From Catajapyx aquilonaris (Eukaryota), in assembly GCA_000934665.2 (NCBI GenBank), contig JYFJ02003487.1:1-40899 (forward strand): 40,899 nt of DNA, written 5' to 3'. Numbering within the stretch: the stretch's first letter is position 1; each line of letters starts with the position of its first letter. Below are positions 1-12,900 of this stretch, one piece after another. The translations under genes and the position numbers were made by a program. The notes beneath the pieces were generated by a model that worked only from the letters and a program-made list of their open reading frames with translations, did not search any database and was not told the origin of the DNA.

Positions 1-94
1 CAAAAACTATTAGCATAGGACCAAACAAAACTCCATGCAAAGTTTGGTGCTTTTGTCCAACTTGTCCCCTTCATCTCGCTAAGAGCCCCCACTA

Positions 95-560
95 TCAGGT
101 GGAAAGCTAAATTTATAATTCTTGAAATAAAAATAAATTGAATCATTTCTCAGATTGCTCACCAGTCTGGTGTAAGGCAGTGGGAGATTATACAAAAAGT
201 ATTGTGCCTCTGGTGCAAGTGCTGCATAATAATAATTGTAGCGAGCCGAACTCTGCACTCGTTCCCTGTCTTGAGCCATTGTAGCGGTTATTAAATTAAT
301 AACCAAGGCATTCTTGTTTGCATAGTTCCGATTTGTCAGCAGCCAATTCTTCCAAGAAAACCCCGCCACCCAGAACAACCACCTCATTTCACTCCCGCAC
401 CTTGTCTCCTCCTCCGAATGTAACAACCATACCAGAGCTTTCTTACTCCATCTTTCTTCCGTTGGTGCTATGGTTCCTACCAGAAAATTCAGTAATTGCT
501 TAAAGATGTTCACCGATACGTTCCTTCTGCCCGTCTCCAATCGTACAAAATATTCTGCCC
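95..560 (-). mobile_element. Non-LTR retrotransposon (LINE) ORF2 3' fragment
   Basis: ORF 79-540 (YNLPLPYTRLVSNLRNDS..FKNYKF) resembles the LINE at 13027-13887 ([24 protein letters not shown]). Confidence 0.6.
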
Positions 561-679
561 AGACAGTCTATGTAGCAGATGCAGCCTGAATCACTTACTT
601 AGCTTCAGAAAACTGCCTGCTGTACCTAACGAGATCACATTGCACATGAAAATTACCAGATAAAACCTGCATTTTAATA

Positions 680-1217
680 CAGCGTCATCGAAAAAGAATG
701 CCCCAATTTAAAAAACCATCTTACTAGATAACCTTTAGACATATCTAAATGATTTAAGTTTTATGCTAGAAATGTCTAAAGTGTTCATGTTAGTTTGTTT
801 CAATATGAGCTTCATTTGTTGCTCAGCAAATTAATGAGACGGCATTTGGTCTCGAGCCAAATGTCTCAATCATATCTCGAGTTACCGTTGTGATACTATC
901 CCTCAGGTGCAGGAGATGATGAGTCTTTACGCCACACACATTGTTCTGAATGATGCACATAACAAGTCGCCCCATCCTTGAAATACTCCTCCCGTAGGAA
1001 AGCTTCATTTGTTCAGCCCCCCCCCCCCCCNCCCCAGACACTGCTTACCGTATTTACATTTTTCGAGCGACAACTGCAGTTCATATAGAAACAAACGCAG
1101 GTGAGATCAAAACTTTAGACATTTCTTAGCATTTCAAAATTTAAATCATTTAGATATGTCGACTAGTTTTCCAGTTATGGGGTTTTAAAATTGGGACATT
1201 CTTTTTCGATGACCCTG
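680..1217 (-). mobile_element. Non-autonomous Tc1/mariner-type element
   Basis: Diverged terminal inverted repeats (TIRs) of about 130 bp (cagcgtcatcgaaaaagaatg / cattctttttcgatgaccctg), TA on both flanks, internal transposase C-terminal relic. Confidence 0.85.
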
Positions 1218-1428
1218 TATGAAAAGATCAAATCATTTGGAAGGTCATACACTCGCTGGGATGTTTGGCATCTTGTGTCTGAAGCCCATTTCCTCCCGAT
1301 AACTAGGCTTCGGATGACTCGGTATGCCACTGCCTAGAGCTATGATGGCCATGAATTCACCTTAGAAGTCTTTCTGAACCTGTAGAAAACATTCTGTGGC
1401 TATCCCAACTGATCAAGACGTGTTTCAG

Positions 1429-1647
1429 GCAAAGCTTTTGAACCTGTCACCGAGGGCGAGCCAGGAGGCTTGTGCGTTCCAACTGTCAGGAAGGATGGCC
1501 AACCTGTCAGCAGGAATCTCCTGGCAGTGTCGGCGGCTTCAGGGAATAATGGTGCCCTCCCTATTCGAAGAATCATCACACGAATGGCGTACTACATGGC
1601 CAGGGCTATGGGAGCAAAAGATGACACGTCTTCCTGTGATCCGAAAG
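1429..1647 (+). CDS. Exon: ADAM10/17-like metalloprotease domain, active-site helix region with degenerate zinc motif
   Basis: tttcag|GC...AAAG|gtagaa. Reads [18 protein letters not shown]...[24 protein letters not shown], which aligns by eye with the ADAM10 pattern GLAWVG..GGIC...ITFAHEVGHNFGSPHD..C. The donor is rather weak. Confidence 0.75.
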
Positions 1648-3877
1648 GTAGAAAGGAACAAAGGGGTTGAGTTTCCCTAGCTCTTTGAAGGTGGTTCACA
1701 TGGGCGTCATTGGGTGCAGTCCTTCATAATGTATCCCTTACCTGACAACCTATGTGCAATGCTGGTGCTACATCTATTTGCACCCACCTCGCCTCTGCGG
1801 AGGTCTTCTTGCAGCTTAGCACCAGTGAAATATTTCCTCTTCATTCCTAAAAACTAAAAACTTCATTCTGAAAAACTCAGTACTAATAAGTGTAATTAAC
1901 GTGACCCAACATGTCTTTCAGATCCTGACTTCTATGGCCATTTTTTGATGCACGGCCCCAATCAGGATGGCAGGGATAAGAATCACTGGCTTTTGTCATC
2001 ATGTAGCAAGTTGCAGATAAAGACCACGTTTATGGATCAAGGAAGCTGTTTTTTAGTTGGCGATACTTCATATTGTGGTAATGGTAAGTGCGATGCATCA
2101 GCAGATTACATGTTATGCGAGAAGTTCTGACTTGGATTGCTGACACCTTGATCGATTCATGCTCACATACAAAGCAGAATAATCCGTCACTTGAAGTGCA
2201 TTGGAAAAACTGTTTATGGGGGCAAAAGGTACCGGTGTATAATTATTGTGTACCGTAAGTGTGGGGGGTGATTTTGTGACAAATCAGATTATTCGAATCC
2301 TGCACCACAATATTATATATTAACTTTATGACTAAAACTGACCCCAGCAGATGGCTGTATATGATCTCTAAGAACCACTGGCACAGATGTGAATAGAGTA
2401 AAGTGAAAGTTATTAAAATTACAGTGTCCACTGCAGGCCGCAGGCCTAGAAAAAAGCGAGCGAAGCGCATGGTTTTCTAGTACGTATTATATTATTAATG
2501 ATCAATTCTAAATAGTTTATTGTTGTAAATATGCCAATTTGTCTAGAAATAACGAGCTTGTCGGGTTACTTTGTTATATTTTCAGTTTGGCATTTTAACC
2601 TTAAGGAAATGAGCATGACAAATATAAATTAATATCTTTGTAATAGATAATAAGTAATCGTTATGATCTGTAGATGAAGGATGAAAGTACAAAACTCAAA
2701 AAGACAGTTGTTGAGAATACATTACACCATTTCTGCTGATATGAAAAACCCCAAAAACTCTCATGAAGTCACCTGCACTTACTGTGTATATGTGCCACAC
2801 TGGAAACATTTTTGGTAGAGCAGGAAAAAAATATATAATAGAAGGGCTCTTCCATAGACAAGTTGCTCTGTGACAGTCTCCTATAGGAGTTAGCAGTTGC
2901 AAAGGACCATTTCACTCAATGCCATACAAGTCAGAGCCTATGGCTTGCTCACATGCTAAATACATGTCTCTTGACAGGGGTGATCGAGCCTGGCGAAGAG
3001 TGTGACTGCGGTACTCACCACGTAACCTTCGACTGTGGTCCACACAACAGCACTTGTTATCCTGCTATGCACAAGGACCAGTGCAGAATCATGTGAGTAG
3101 CTCCAGTGCTCGCAGACAATAATTCCCTTGGTCACATAGTTCACTTATTGATGGTGCGATGGACCAACCTTGTACAACTGCTCACAGTCAACAATTGTCA
3201 ACAATGGCCGTGACATGGCATCAGGGAAAGGTTTTTTCTTTCATGGATCTGGGTTTGGGTCCTTCCAAATACGCCGTACATCCTCGGATTGGCTCTCAGT
3301 GACATTAACCTATTCGGATCCATAAGAAAACCTCTTTGCCGACACCACTTTGAGGACAATGTTGAACAGAAAGCAGTTGTCTGGGGGTGCATGCATCACA
3401 CCACCAAAAAGTGGTTCCTGGAGGGCCTGCAGACGTTGCCATACCCATGACCCCTACGTATGCGGCTCCAGGAGGGTTCTATCGATAATTATCTGTGCCT
3501 ATCTGCCGACCTGCATGGGCCGTGTATTTGTAGCAACAAAAAAACGAAGTGTGAAGACCAGCCCCCTGACACATCCAGCCTATCCCTGCGTTGACAGTAG
3601 TTTAATATAAAAGTCTTCGCCACATGGGGAATTTGGCTCTGGTGAGCCTCCGCAGCTGTCTACTGGGGGGTCGGTTTAGGTTGGCCACCTTCGGAACCAA
3701 CCCAAGCCGTCCTTTCCTCGGAGGGCGTTTGCAGACTAGCATGGGGGTGGCTGGCTGCGGCAGCCGGCTGCAGGGGCGCTCCAGCACCAAACTACGCGCA
3801 TGGCGGAGACTTTTCTATTAAACAGCCGCATGGTATTTCCATCAGGGGACTGGTAAAGACTTTCCAAACACTCTGCA

Positions 3878-3948
<71 letters not shown>

Positions 3949-6900
3949 GTTTATATAGAACGACCAGTACGGCAGGTAATCCTGTAAAATTTTGAACAAT
4001 TGCGCCTTTAATGATAGAAGCATGAATCTTGGCGCACCTGTAGTAGACAACACCCTAATGGACGTTTTTGGATATAGGGCCATCTGAGATTTTTCTGTAA
4101 CTTAATTGGCAGCCATTTTTCAAGCTGGCCACTAGGTGTCATGTAAACGCCGTATTTTTTGTAGCTATTCATGTTCAATCATTTACTTGAGGCCATGTGA
4201 TGACTATTAGAAGTGAAACTTACTGTAGAAGTAAAAATGAAGCATAGTACAGTGAAACCTGTGTATAGCGTAATCGCACGGGACCCAAAAATTTTCAGTT
4301 ATGGACAGGTTTCCGCTACAACCAGATCAAGGACGTTACTATTTTTTTTGCTCACGAGAAAGAGAGGGAAATGGGGAGAGCAAAAATAAGCACCTTACCT
4401 CCATATGGTGCAAAATCATAATTTTGCCTGCTCCATGGGACCATCAGCCCGGACTCTGGCAATATATTGAACCCGTGTCAACCCCTTCCTCTTCCCCGAC
4501 ATAACTGGACTGAACCGTGAACTAAAAGGTACCTACGAGTCACATGACATGAGTCACGTCTTCTTGGCCCATCTATCCTGAAAGCCGATTTTCAAGTTTC
4601 GGAACCAAAAATATTGCCCCTATCCTCATCCTTTATCTTCAAGGCCACAGGCCATAGCAATTCCAGAAATTACTAGACACAAGTGGTCCAAAAAGGGTTA
4701 CTCAGAGGCCACCTGGAATTGCCGATAGTGAACCCTGCTGTGGTTTCTATTTTTGTGACTCGCAGGATATAATGCGAACCTTTTGATTTCCGCTATGAAC
4801 AGGGATTTTCTCTGAAGGGAGCCAAAAATCCTTTCCCTTTCCGCGTTGGGCAGGTTCCGTTACATCCGTCAAAAATACATTGTATGCCCAATGCATATGC
4901 CCGTTACCGGAAAAAATTCCGGAATGGATAGGTTTCCGCTATATCCAGGGTTCGTTATGGGTGGGTTTCACTGTAGTATATGAAACTAATGATTGGTTAT
5001 GTTCAAAATTTAGAGCATAAAACGCCTAGATCATTTTCTCGATCCATTCAAGGGAAGCAATGGAAGCTGTGGTGTTGAGACCATCGTTATTTGGGCCCAG
5101 GCTGGTCATTGCTGGGCCCAAAAAAGAATCCAGAGTATGCTGCATGAGGGCATCTTGCATGGGAGATATAGTGTCAATTGCTCTACCTTTCTGACTAAAT
5201 AGGCGTTTTCTTGCTTCATTAAGATATTATTCATCGATGCTAGTATGATCATAGAGCAAAACTACAGTTCTCTCCAGGGGGTTCATCTTTTCTTCTACAG
5301 CCTGCTTACTAGGCCTGTGAGCTAATCTACACACAAAAATTTAAAAAAATAAATTGCAACATCGTCATATGCATTCCAGGTGTCCCATGCAGTCCTCTTG
5401 CATGCTTTTTGCTCTATCAAAGGACACATTCTCTCACTCAGTCATTGCGCGAAACATCTGTAAGGCATTGCAACGGTCAGCATCCAAAGCGTTATGCCCG
5501 TACTAATGACCGTACTAATAATATGTTAATGAGGCAAGAAATGGCCGAAGTAGTGAGAAAGGTCTAGCAATTGCCCATTGACAATATACCTTCCAGCTTT
5601 TTTGGGCCCAGCAGTAACCATCAGCCTGATGGTATACCTACCAGGCTGGTTACTGCTGGGTCCAAATAATGATGGTCTCAACACCACAGCTCCCATCACC
5701 ACATGATTGGAGGTGGAAGAAGGATGAAGGCGGATATAAAATACACTGTAGTCCCAATTACAGAGGCGTTGCAAACGCTCGATTTTGCTTGCCATGGCAA
5801 AGAAAAAAGAGTGCAAATCTCAGATGGGGGCAGATATGAAAAGTAACAAAAATAGTTTTGAACAGGTAACTGTCAACGTGACCTATGGTGAAAATATCAA
5901 AAAATTAACAAGTTGATTGAGCAACCACTCCTTGGCCATTTCACATCAAATTACCCTCGGAATGACCTAACATAAACGTGTTGTCCATGTGACCTGGATC
6001 CTTTTTTTCCAGGCGCTTGGTGCATAACCTTCTAATTCTTCTCACTTACCACTCTTGCAGCACACCGACAACTTGCAAAAATGACACTGACTGGCCATGC
6101 GTCTTGTGCAATCGTCCAGGGCTTCCAAACTGCCTTGCAAAGGAGAGGCCTTGTGGCATGCATGAGGTCCCCTGTAGGCTCGGGTACGCCTACTGCATAA
6201 ACCAGCCGAACCAACCTAGACCGTGCCATTGCCGCCCGTACGAGAAACCATGCTGTAACCAGTCACAACTAGCTGGTTGCGAATCTAGGCCCTGCCGGTT
6301 CAACGAGCTCCCCTGCACTTATCCTAACTTCTGCGAGGAAGGTGAATACCCATGCATCCGATGCGGAGAGCCTGGTCAAATTAAATGCGATCAAGATTTG
6401 TGCCACAAGACCTGCCCAAAGTGCAGGCTTTGCAATGAAGACGAATCGCCATGCTTGGTGCGAAGACTCTGCCATCCTGAAGAGTATCCTTGTTCACTGA
6501 ATTGCACAAAAGGCGACAAGAAGTGCAATCGCTGCCAGGTTGAGTATCCATGCGTCCGGCTCCCCAGGGCTTGCCTGCCCAACTTCTGGGGTCTACCCTG
6601 CGGAGAGCAACGTTACCAACAGTGTCCAAGTGGGCCACCTGTAGAGGCCTGTAAAAGTGGAGAGATTCCGTGTTTAATGTACTTACCCTGCAAAAGTGAT
6701 GGTGCCAGATACTGTGTGGAGTGTGGAACCCCTGGACGGCCCGAGTGCACGGACTGCACAGAACCATGCAGATTTGATGAATTGCGGTGTGTCTATAACC
6801 CCCGTTCAGCCCCCGAAAAAGATTCTGCAGAGAATTTTTGGCCATGGCCACCACAACCGACAGCTACGGCACGACAGGGACCAGCAGAGATACAGGGACC

Positions 6901-9900
6901 TGCAGTGATGTCACAGGCACTTGCAGTGAGAGAGGCACCTGAAGTGAAGACAAAGGCTCAAAAATGCCTGTCACCTAGCTGCAAGATTAGAATCGGCACC
7001 ACCCCGAGGTGCAAGGGTAGGAATCGACCATGCAACGTGTGTGATATTCCCTTCGATTACCCAAAGTGTATTGAGGTGAAAATTCCCTGCGATGTGGCTG
7101 TGAACGCATTCACCTGCAATAGGGTAAAGCAGTGCAGGGAAGATGAGGAGCCCTGCTGCGACAAGAGTAAGTCCTTATTTTATTCTTGCATGCCTTAAAT
7201 ATAACTGGCCGGTTCCATTTCAATTCTGACAGAGGGTGACCAGTCATGGCCTTAGATTTTTTTGAACAAAAGATATGTGAAACCCATATCCAAGTGAACC
7301 TTTATGGAGCAATCAAATTTACGAGATTAAATCTAGTTATCGAGAAATTAATATTTATTTTAAGGGGTACCTAAATAACCTTCACGGGAAGTGCACTTTT
7401 TCCATTGCTTTCAATGGGTATATTTCCGGAACCGTTCTGAAAACGAATATGAAATTTTAAACTCATGCTTTTGGAATAATGCTCTGTTATGTAATGCATA
7501 CATTTACCTTATTTAATGGTACAGTCACCTTCAAAAAAATCTACAATCTTGCATATTTTTGTCAAAAATGAGCATATTTCGCAATTTATTACGTCGTTAT
7601 GGTACCCTTAACGGTTGTGCTGATTATATTTTGTGATGTACTCGGTCACCCCCTAAAGGTTATTAAATAAAACCTTGGTTAGCCCGCGTGTAGTTGAGAT
7701 ATGTGACGCGAAAATATGGCAACAAGTGAACACATGCATATTTCAAAAATTATGTTCTCAAAAACGCATTTTTTAATATAAAAAAATTTATTTTACCTGG
7801 ACAAACAGGTTATAAAATGAAGTAGTGTCAAAACCCGGTGCATATTTTTTGTAAGGGAGATACTCTTTTTTTTTCAGATGACTACTTTCGTCATTGTGCT
7901 ACAATACAGCACACTGCACACTTTCTCGAAGAAGCCATTTTAAATATTTAATCGTTATTTTTTGTATAACAAAGTAGCATGAGTTCTATTATAAAATTAT
8001 ATCAAAATTCGGCATGCACAATGCCGTAATTTACTGGTACAGTCATCTTCCGAAAAAATCGCCAAATGTGCTTGTTTTGCTGGAAATTCACTTAGTACGC
8101 AATTTATTATGGAGTTATTATTAAGGTTATTGTAGGGACGATAGTCCCTATAGTAAGACCAAACGACCGAAAACAACAATGAAATGTCCCGCTTTTTTGA
8201 CGAAGCATAACTCAAAAACCCTTACAGATAAAGGTTTCACAGTTTGAACATGACACCAGCTCGGCGTGACGGACGATCCTTTTCCTGTCAGGTTATAGCG
8301 AATTCCTTCGCACAACGCCAGAAAAAAATCTTATATCGGTATTCTCTATAATAATGAAGTTCTTCTCTTAGCAACGATGTAACTCTCTATTTAAAAAATT
8401 CAACATTCTCTATTAATAGAATTAGGCCCGTATTCATAATGGAATTCGAACGAGGGGTCGGGGTTGAACCCGGGGTTGAGGCGGAGTTGACCCCGGGTTC
8501 GTATTCATAATGGCCTTGAAACCCCGCGATCCGGGGTTGAGTCGGGCGGGGAGTTGACTCCGGTCCTGGACCAGGGTTCAGTTCTGAACTCGGGGTTGAG
8601 GTCGATTGCAAAAGGCGGAAGGGGTCGAAATTCATGCCGTTCTGAAGCGGCTAGACCTCCGACGCGTGTGTCTGAGGGACCGGGAGAACCCGATGGAGGT
8701 GTACGACGACGCGACGCGTCCCTCCGGCAACTATACCGCCTGCGGAAAGACTGCGTGTTGAACCTGCTCGAAATGATCGCGGCAGACCTCGTTCTTCCTC
8801 TGTGCCATTCATGTAGCAGCTACGTCTGAACTATTACCTCTTCGGCGTCATCGAAAATATTAGCTGCCAATAGCAGCATAGCCTACATGTAATGAATCTG
8901 CTGGAACCACGTGCCACATGCGGCACCAATGCCAATCCGGGAGTCCGCAAAGAAGGCTGCCACTCCCGCGCCACACGCGGGGTAAAACAGGGCACTGTAT
9001 TTTTTCCAGGTCAACCCGACAGGATTCATTACAAGATTGATTACAAGTATGCTGCTATTGGCAGCTAATATTTTCGATGAAGCTGATGTAGCTGCTACAT
9101 GAATGGCGCAAATAACTGCTATTTGTAACTGTTAATCGTCACTTGAACTTGTGACCTGCTTGTGACCATAGAGTAAGGCTTGTGACGCCCTGTAGCTGGT
9201 AGGATACATTAGTATTCTGATGTACAGTACACCTTCTACAATTTTTGTAGGAAAAGAATGCGTCTCGTACCACCCCGCCATGAAGTACAAAAATAATGGT
9301 CACTGTTGCTCCTCACCCAAAATCTTACCTCAACCAGCCCCCTGAGTTAATTATAGCTTATTCGGTACAATAGATGCTGGTCAGCACTTGCTATTTGGTC
9401 CAATAGTCAGCTCATTTACAGGCGCATATTTTACAATATACTGCAGAAGTTGGGTGACAATAATGGCTATGGCCATTATAGTCAGTGGGTGAGGAGCAAC
9501 AGTGGCCACTTTTGATCTCAGACCCATCACTATAGTGATGGGTCTGAGATCAAAAGTGGCCAAGTCCACTGCAGAAATCATGCACTTTAATGTCATTGGG
9601 TATTAATTGCACATTTGCGTATATGTAGCTGACGAGCTTTGCGGCAACGTAATAATTATATGGTCGTACAAGAGGTTAACGTAAACGCGCCCGATTAAAT
9701 CCTTAGTTTTAGCTTAGCAAAGGTGAATTTTTAGTTAGCTTATTAGCTGTTAGAGAAGCTAATTTTTCGGATAGCTGTGCCCACCTCTGTTCTGTTAGTA
9801 AGTTAGGGTGAAATTTTTGTCGTACTACTAGTTACTTCTAACTTATAGCAGTACCAGTGTAGTGCAATACTGCAAATGTACTGCTAAGTTAGCAGTAACT

Positions 9901-12900
9901 CGTAGTACAACGAAAATTCCGCCGTTCGAAATTAAGTAGTAAGTTAGTCACCTGTTATTTTCACTCATTTGCCAAGCACAGGGCCGTTTCGCGACCCGTC
10001 CGCGTGAGAGTGCTAGCATGTACCAAGCACATAAATTTTTAAAAAAGAACTGCAATTATCACAAAAACCTTCCATTCTGTAAAAAAAGGGTAGTAAGACC
10101 TCTATGGCGGATAGAAATTAATTAAACAAGACAGGTATGCGTAAGACCTAGCTTCACTAGATTATTATTAAAGGATATCGTAATGCTACATTACGAAGGG
10201 TATGTGTAAAATTTTTACTAATATGTGAATATGTAAGCAGGGTCTTACTCATGCATTTCTTTATATTAAAATTATAAATATTGGATGAGACGTGTATCTT
10301 GTCAACCAATGCTGCAAGCCTATGAACTTCTGATATCATTACGAATTATAATAATAATATTATTAGTTCTACATACTTATTATATTATTATAAATAAATT
10401 TATATTATCTTGTTATATTATTATGCATGAGTAAGACCCTACTTACATATTCACATATTAGTAAAAATTTTACACATACCCTTCGTAATGTAGCATTACG
10501 ATATCCTTTAATAATAATCTAGTGAAGCTAGGTCTTACGCATACCTGTCTTGTTTAATTAATTTCTATCCGCCATAGAGGTCTTACTACCCTTTTTTTAC
10601 AGAATGGAAGGTTTTTGTGATAATACAAATGAAACCAATTATGTGCGTACAATGTAGTAAAAGGGCATGTTGTAGGGACAAAATAATATCATTAATATCT
10701 GTATTCAAAGAAGAGATACACCTGGTCAAAGTATGGTCATATGAGAAAACATGCCTGAAAGAAACATTTTTTAACTCAAAAAAGGCATTTTTTAATTTTA
10801 TTTCAATTTCATTTGTGTAGATAATGACTCTCTCTTTCAAAAGATATATCACAAACCCGGGGCGTATGCGTAGTAATTGAAATATATATTTTTGAATGTT
10901 GATTCGATTAACTACGCATATGCCCCGCATTTGTAATATATCTCGACCATATAGAGGCGATTCAGGACAATGTGACAAGAGCACTGCCCGCCGTCACAGA
11001 AAGTGATTTCCAGGAAGCATTCCAACAATGGAATAAATAATTAAAGACTGTCTATTGCCAGTAGAGGGAACTACTTTGAAGGGGCCAGTGCTAAAATTGT
11101 TGCAAATTGAACGATAGAGTGTGTATGGAAAAAGTTTTGTCTTTTTTTGAACACCCCGCGTATATGTTTGAAATGTTATTAAATGATATGTGCATTGGGA
11201 GGTGTGGTGACCGAGATGGTCACATCTCGGCTTGCTGAGTGAAAGGTCCCAGGTTCAATCCCCGCCTGGGAATTCATTTTCACCTGCGTCTGGAGGGTCT
11301 CTGACCTGCACCAAGGAGGTGTCTGGCAACCTAACCTCCTGGGGAACAGCACATGACCCGTTTTACAACACAATGTGCCAACATGTGGCAAGAAACCAAC
11401 CATGTTTTGGTATTTTTTGGAAATATTTAATTGGCCCGTCATAAACAAACATGCATCATTTTTTCATTCATTCAAATTGTATAAAATCTTGAAGCGTATG
11501 CTCCAGCACAGTCAGTCGAGATCTGTTTGCTCATCATTGCTGAAATATGTTACTGTTGTGCATACTTCTCAGTGCAATAGTTTGCACAGGTATTGTTTCC
11601 TGCATTACCTTATTAGCTTCAAATTCTTACACAGTTGTTATAATAGAGCTGTTCTCCTAAGTGTGTCTTTCCCGTTGTATTACCAGAAAGCAAGCCATGT
11701 CCCGATGATTGGATACACCAAGGACATCACTGCTATTACTTTTCAAAAGAAAAACGAACTTGGAACGATGCTCGATGGACCTGCCAAGATTTAAATCCTG
11801 GAGCTGAATTGGCCAGTTTCCATTATGAGATTGAAACGAACGTACTGACAAGTAAGTCAATAATTTGCAAGGATATTAAAACGTGAACTTACAAAGTCAC
11901 AAAGGTTTATTGCATTATCCTGTATGGAATATCATTTTGTCCAATATTTATTCTGATGTACTCTCTCGATGTGTCAGAAAACTGTCTTTGTCTGATAGAG
12001 AAGATTCCATATTGCAGCCCTTTGATTTCTGAACATGTGTTTCTGGTGTTCAATACATTCCGTTGAATCGCATATTTCAATTTTCAGAGCATTTGCATGA
12101 TCGCATGTGGATTGGACTCAAATACCTGGGGACGCCAGGCGAATTGGAATGGAGTGATGGTACTCAAGTGGAAGATCGTTATCTCACTTGGGAGGGTAAC
12201 AAGGCACCCGACTCTAATGAAGAGAAGTGCATAGAACTAAAGAAAACTGGCGAAACGGGGGTATTGAAGGACAATAACTGCGACGAAGAATATAACTTTG
12301 CCTGTGAATTAAGAAACATGAGAGGTAAATATTGGTGTTAATAATGAGATTTTCATGTCAGTAGAAATGTTTTACATGGATTGTTTCCATTTTTAGAAGG
12401 ATGTCCGACTGACTGGAAGAGGAGAGGAGGGAGTTGCTACTACTTTTCTACTTTCCCGGCCAAGTGGACAGATGCTAGGAATTATTGCGTGCTAAATAAA
12501 AGTGCGGATTTGGTCAGCTTCGGTGACGAAGACGAGCAGTCTGAACTAGCAAGTAAGTCATTCGTAGACAAAGTATTAAGTATGACTTCAACTTTTATTT
12601 TTTAAATTACTGTAATTAACCTGGACTGTTTTTCAGGGGATATGGTTGAAGCCGTTTGGATAGGCCTTCATTACAATCCTACTGAGGCAGAATGGAGTTG
12701 GACGGACGGAAGTGAAAGTGAATACCGAAGATGGGGTGAAAAGAAGCCCAATGTGGACAGCCAGTACAAGCACTTCTGTACCGAGGCACTTCCCACAAAA
12801 TATTGGAACAACCTTCTTTGCGATTCTACACGTCGCTTTGTCTGCAAATTTGGTACGGCCAAAAAAAAAAAAAAATTGGCAAAATTGGTCATTTTATCAA

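Noticed and set aside
1..94. Academ-like transposon end (...gagcccccacta)
   Set aside because: Only one end is visible, so the family cannot be supported.
1017..1035. Poly-C or G-quadruplex element
   Set aside because: It contains an N and lies within a MITE; likely low-quality homopolymer sequence.
1220..1428. Preceding ADAM exon
   Set aside because: The candidate donor at 1321 has an in-frame stop just upstream. Earlier exons probably lie 5' of the window.
6017..7198. Stand-alone single-exon Cys-rich gene with signal peptide (LLILL)
   Set aside because: It starts at TTG with an in-frame stop at 5990 and no ATG. Splice sites and continuity with the disintegrin exon fit an internal exon better.
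7210..8390. Discrete DNA transposon
   Set aside because: It looks repeat-derived, but I could not define termini or a TSD.
11197..11270. tRNA gene
   Set aside because: A and B boxes are present, but there is no intact cloverleaf and a SINE body follows. The same applies to 33206-33279.
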